A stretch of 64,000 nucleotides of DNA from Cyanophora paradoxa CCMP329. Taxonomy: Eukaryota; Plantae; Glaucophyta. The stretch covers positions 62,001 to 126,000 of the forward strand of contig QPMI01000214.1 in the NCBI GenBank assembly GCA_004431415.1. Reading direction: 5' to 3'. How positions within the stretch are numbered: the first letter of the stretch is position 1; the number at the start of each line of letters is the position of its first letter. The notes below the pieces were generated by a model that was given only the letters and a program-made list of their open reading frames with translations, did no database searches and had not been told where the DNA came from. A program made the position numbers and the translations under genes. This document shows, piece after piece, positions 60,801 through 64,000 of the stretch.

Positions 60801-63800
60801 GAGCCGGGGCTCGGGGGCAGGCCCCACTGGTCCCGCTTGTGCGTGTAGAGGGCGAAGACCGTCGGCCCGTTCCCGTTCTTGACCATGCGGCGGACCATGA
60901 TGCCGGGGCGGGGCCGGAAGATGCGGGAGTAGGGGTTGGGGACGCGGCGGGCGCCGCGGACGAGGGCCGGGGCGTGGAGGAGGGCGTAGATCCAGGAGTC
61001 GCGCTCGCCGGCGATGAGGTCGAGCCAGGGGCCCGTCTCGGGCAGCTTCTCCGCCTCGGCGTCGGGCTGGATGGTCATCTCCACCGAGCTGCTGCGCGCC
61101 TCGCTGTCCTCCTTGTACGCCACCGACACCGCCGCGTGCTCCCCCCGCCGCTGCTGCTCCATCGCCAGCCGCGACGACGGCCGCCCCGACGGCGACGCCG
61201 GCACCCCCGCCCCGGACGCCGGGTAGAGGGTGACGCCGGCCCACGAGCCGCTGTTGTGGCGCTCGGGGTCCGAGGGGCCGTTGCGGGAGCGGGAGCGGGC
61301 GCCGGCGGGGTCCGGGGTGAGGGCGAGGGCGGAGGAGGAGCCGCCGGTGCGGGCGCCCATGAAGTGCGCGCACTGGTAGGCGTCGCTGCGGCGCGAGGCG
61401 GCGGCGACCTCGGCGTCGGCGTCGCAGTCGAGCTCGACGTCGAGCTCGAGGTCGGCCGCCGAGCGCGCCTTCTCGAGGATGTAGCCGTGGATCGAGTCCA
61501 TGACGTCGCCGACGCGCTCCTCGGCCTTCTTGATGTAGCGCACCGCCACGGGGCCCATGAGGATCATCGTCCGCTCCACGTCCCGCCCCGGCACGCAGTC
61601 CAGGTCCTGCGAGTAGAAGAGCGAGTCCCGCTTGAACCAGACCTTGAGCTCCCCGTCCACCGCCGGGATGAAGTTGATCGGCTTCACCGCGAGGCCCGGC
61701 CGCCGGCAGATCTCCATGAAGTAGTCGCAGTCCTCCGCCACCACCGTCTGCCGGCCCCCCTGCGGTGAGCGGGGGCGGGCGGGGCGGGCGGGGCGGGGCA
61801 GACGTTGAGGCGGGCGTCGGGGCAGGCGTCAAGGGTGGCCTGAAGGGCGGCCGCGGGGGCCGCCTCCTCCCGCTCCATCGCCGCGATCCTCTCCGCCAGC
61901 CCCACCGCCCCCGCGTTGAAGCGCGCTGCCGTGCGGCGCAGCCAGTCCGCCCAGCGCGCCTTGTAGCTCCAGTCCACCCACTTGGTGCGCTCCGCGCCGG
62001 CGGCGGCGCTCGCCTTGGCGTCCACCACATGCATGAGCTGCAGCATGCGCTCCGCAACCTGCGGGGCGGGGCGGGTGAGCGGGGAGCAAGGGGAGGGAGC
62101 GGGGCGGGGCGGGCCTGGGCGTAGGTCATGTCGGCGAGCTCGCAGGCCCTGCCGTCGGGGGTGCAGCCGAAGACGACCTTCTGGAAGTCGGCGTTGATGC
62201 GCGCCGCGATGGCGTCCTTGCGCGCCCGCACGAGCTCCGCCTGCTTCTCCTTCGGCTGCGAGAAGACCTCGCGGTCGAGGTCCCGCCAGAGCCGCATCCC
62301 CCGCGTGTTGACGACGTGAATCGGCTCCCCCAGCTCCGACGTCACCGTGATGATGCCCCCCGCCTCCCCCTCGTAGCTCTTCTCCCAGTCCGCCTCGTTC
62401 TCGATCCCCGGCGTCTGCGGCGGCGTGAGGCGAGAGCCGGGGAAGGCGAGGGTGGCGAGGGGAGCGGACGGCGGCGATGCGGGCCTTGGTCTCGGCCGGC
62501 GCGTCCATCTCAGCACACGCGCAGACGCGCGAGGCGAGCAGCACAGCGTCGAACGGCATCGGGGGGTACCCGAGCCGCGTCGACCACTCGCCGGAAAGCC
62601 ACTGCCAGGCGGACTCGCCGTCGCCGACGCCGGAGCCGGCGACGAGGACGAGGTTCTCGCAGGAGCGCATCTTGGCGTAGGTGTAGAGCAGCGGCTCGTA
62701 GACGTCCTCGAAGGAGTGGTGCCCGCCGGCGCGCCCGCCCGTCCACTGCAGCAGCACCGTCGACTCCGGGTTCGCCTTCGCGATGTCCACCACCGCGCTG
62801 CCGGCCCGTCAGACCCCTCGACTCGAGACCTCGAATTTCAACCGCTCGTGCTCGTGCGTAGAGTTTTAGGCTGGATTGGAATGGGGCGGGGCGGGGCGGG
62901 GCGGGGCGGGGCGGGCGGACTTGATGGCGGAGACGGAGCCGGGCTTGAAGGCGACGTGGCGGGCGCCGCGCTGGCGGAGGGCGGCGAGGATCTCGGCGGC
63001 CTTGTCGGGCGACGGCACGCCCGCCCCGATGCAGATCCCGTCGATCGGGCACAGCGCCGCCTCGCCCTCCTCCAGCGTCGAGAGCACCAGCGGGTACTGG
63101 AAGCCCCAGAGGTACTGGGCGGGGGGCGCTGTGAGGCGGGGCGCGGCAGGACGAGCGCGGGCCCGGGAGGGGCGCACGGGGTCGAGGAAGAGGAGGTTGA
63201 GGGTGACGGCGTCGCCCGGCAGCAGCCGCCCCGCGAGCTCCCCGAGGGCGCCCCGCAGCTTCTCCGGCGTCTGGAGGCCGCCCCCGGCGAGCTCCACGTG
63301 GTACCCGGCCCGCAGCGCCGCCGCCACGGGGTTTACCCCCGTCGTGCTCGGCGTCATGCCCCCGATCTGCGCCCCGCGCCTTGAGCTCCCGTGCCGGGCC
63401 GGCGGGGGCGGGGGCGGGGGCGGACCATGAGCGGGGGCTTGCCGACGGCGCGGACGAACCTGGTGTCGAGGGCGACGGAGCCGTCGGGCAGGCGCACGAC
63501 CTTGGGGGCGAAGAGGCGGCCCCAGTGCTGCGCGGCCGCCAGCGCGGGGACGGGCTGCTGCGAGAGGATGGCGTTGCGGCCGGCCATCGACGCGCACGAG
63601 ACGTAGGTGACCCCCGTGCCCCGCTTCTGGACCTCGGCGACGGAGCTCGAGCCGGGGCCGAAGTTGAGCAGGTGGGATACCTGCCCGGTGCCAGCAAGTT
63701 AAACGGAGGCGTGAATGCTCCAAAAATAAGCTCTGATAAACGGCGAACCCCGTGCCAGCCGTTGCATGCGGCGAGGGCGCGGTCGTAGCGGAGCGGCTGC

Positions 63801-64000
63801 ACGAGGATCGAGTCGACGAGGTCCGCCGCGAGGTCGGCCGGGCCGGAGCGCATGTCCCGCCCGTCGCTCGGGGCGTACACGGGGAGGTGCAGGTCCTGGG
63901 GCCGCAGGGCGAAGCCGGTGCCGGGGAGGCGGGCCTTGACCTCGGCGGCGGCGCGGGCGAGCTTGGAGAAGTGGAAGGGAGCCGAGACGGCGAGGAACTG
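51833..64000 (-). CDS. FAS: Single-chain fungal/CMN-type fatty acid synthase I (AT-ER-DH-MPT-ACP-KR-KS-PPT); 5' end lies beyond the window
   Basis: AT VSAPFH; FMN-dependent ER GGMTP...[15 protein letters not shown]; [16 protein letters not shown]; [26 protein letters not shown]; [12 protein letters not shown]; [22 protein letters not shown]; [23 protein letters not shown]; [23 protein letters not shown]. Confidence 0.97.

Noticed and set aside
54407-61744. 2445-aa ORF taken as the literal protein
   Set aside because: It reads through GC-rich stop-free introns and drifts out of the FAS frame (R/P/G-rich stretches). The real product is the spliced FAS.
31766-63880. Numerous long Arg/Pro/Gly/Ala-rich ORFs on both strands
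   Set aside because: These are shadow frames caused by very high GC and few stop codons. They overlap recognisable genes and carry no motifs.
6963-64000. Lipid-metabolism gene cluster (DYRKP, DHHC, ACOX, Mpv17, HIBADH, FAS)
   Set aside because: The genes are interspersed with unrelated ones, act in different compartments, and show no shared regulatory signal.
51833-64000. FAS as bacterial contamination or a polyketide synthase
   Set aside because: It carries the same short intron style as neighbouring genes, and the domain order and motifs are those of fungal-type FAS I.

Overview
Gene-dense eukaryotic nuclear DNA with many short (mostly ~50-90 nt) introns. I reconstructed about 21 spliced protein-coding genes by eye. 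Most long ORFs in the supplied track are GC-rich shadow or read-through frames, not real genes. Gene content (DYRKP kinase, cyanobacterial/plant-type Lon-N protein, mTERF, DnaJ-type Zn finger, Phe-containing transit-peptide-like leaders) suggests a plastid-bearing alga; a glaucophyte such as Cyanophora is my best guess, by inference only. Genes in order: PHD-finger protein, PP2C, DYRKP, ankyrin-DHHC palmitoyltransferase, MAK11/PAK1IP1 WD40, SPT3, ARM protein, Lon-N, RIIa/Dpy-30-like, EF-hand, ERICH3-like, peroxisomal acyl-CoA oxidase, mTERF, Mpv17/PMP22, CUE/UBA-RCC1, DnaJ Zn finger, HIBADH, LRR/coiled-coil, two hypothetical membrane proteins, and the 3' ~12 kb of a single-chain fungal-type fatty acid synthase with a built-in PPTase. 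The most striking unexplained signals are non-coding: (1) many local templated copy-paste events (a 448-bp inverted copy of PP2C, a 57-bp exon fragment, an 85-bp duplicate, a shared transit-peptide segment, and twin introns that look like intron gain by copying a neighbouring acceptor); (2) frequent GC-AG introns with a G|GYSCGC donor; (3) intergenic DNA packed with short palindromes, where repeat copies diverge towards palindromes; (4) a recurrent motif at or just after stop codons. Gene boundaries are hand-spliced and approximate. No rRNA, tRNA or CRISPR array was found.
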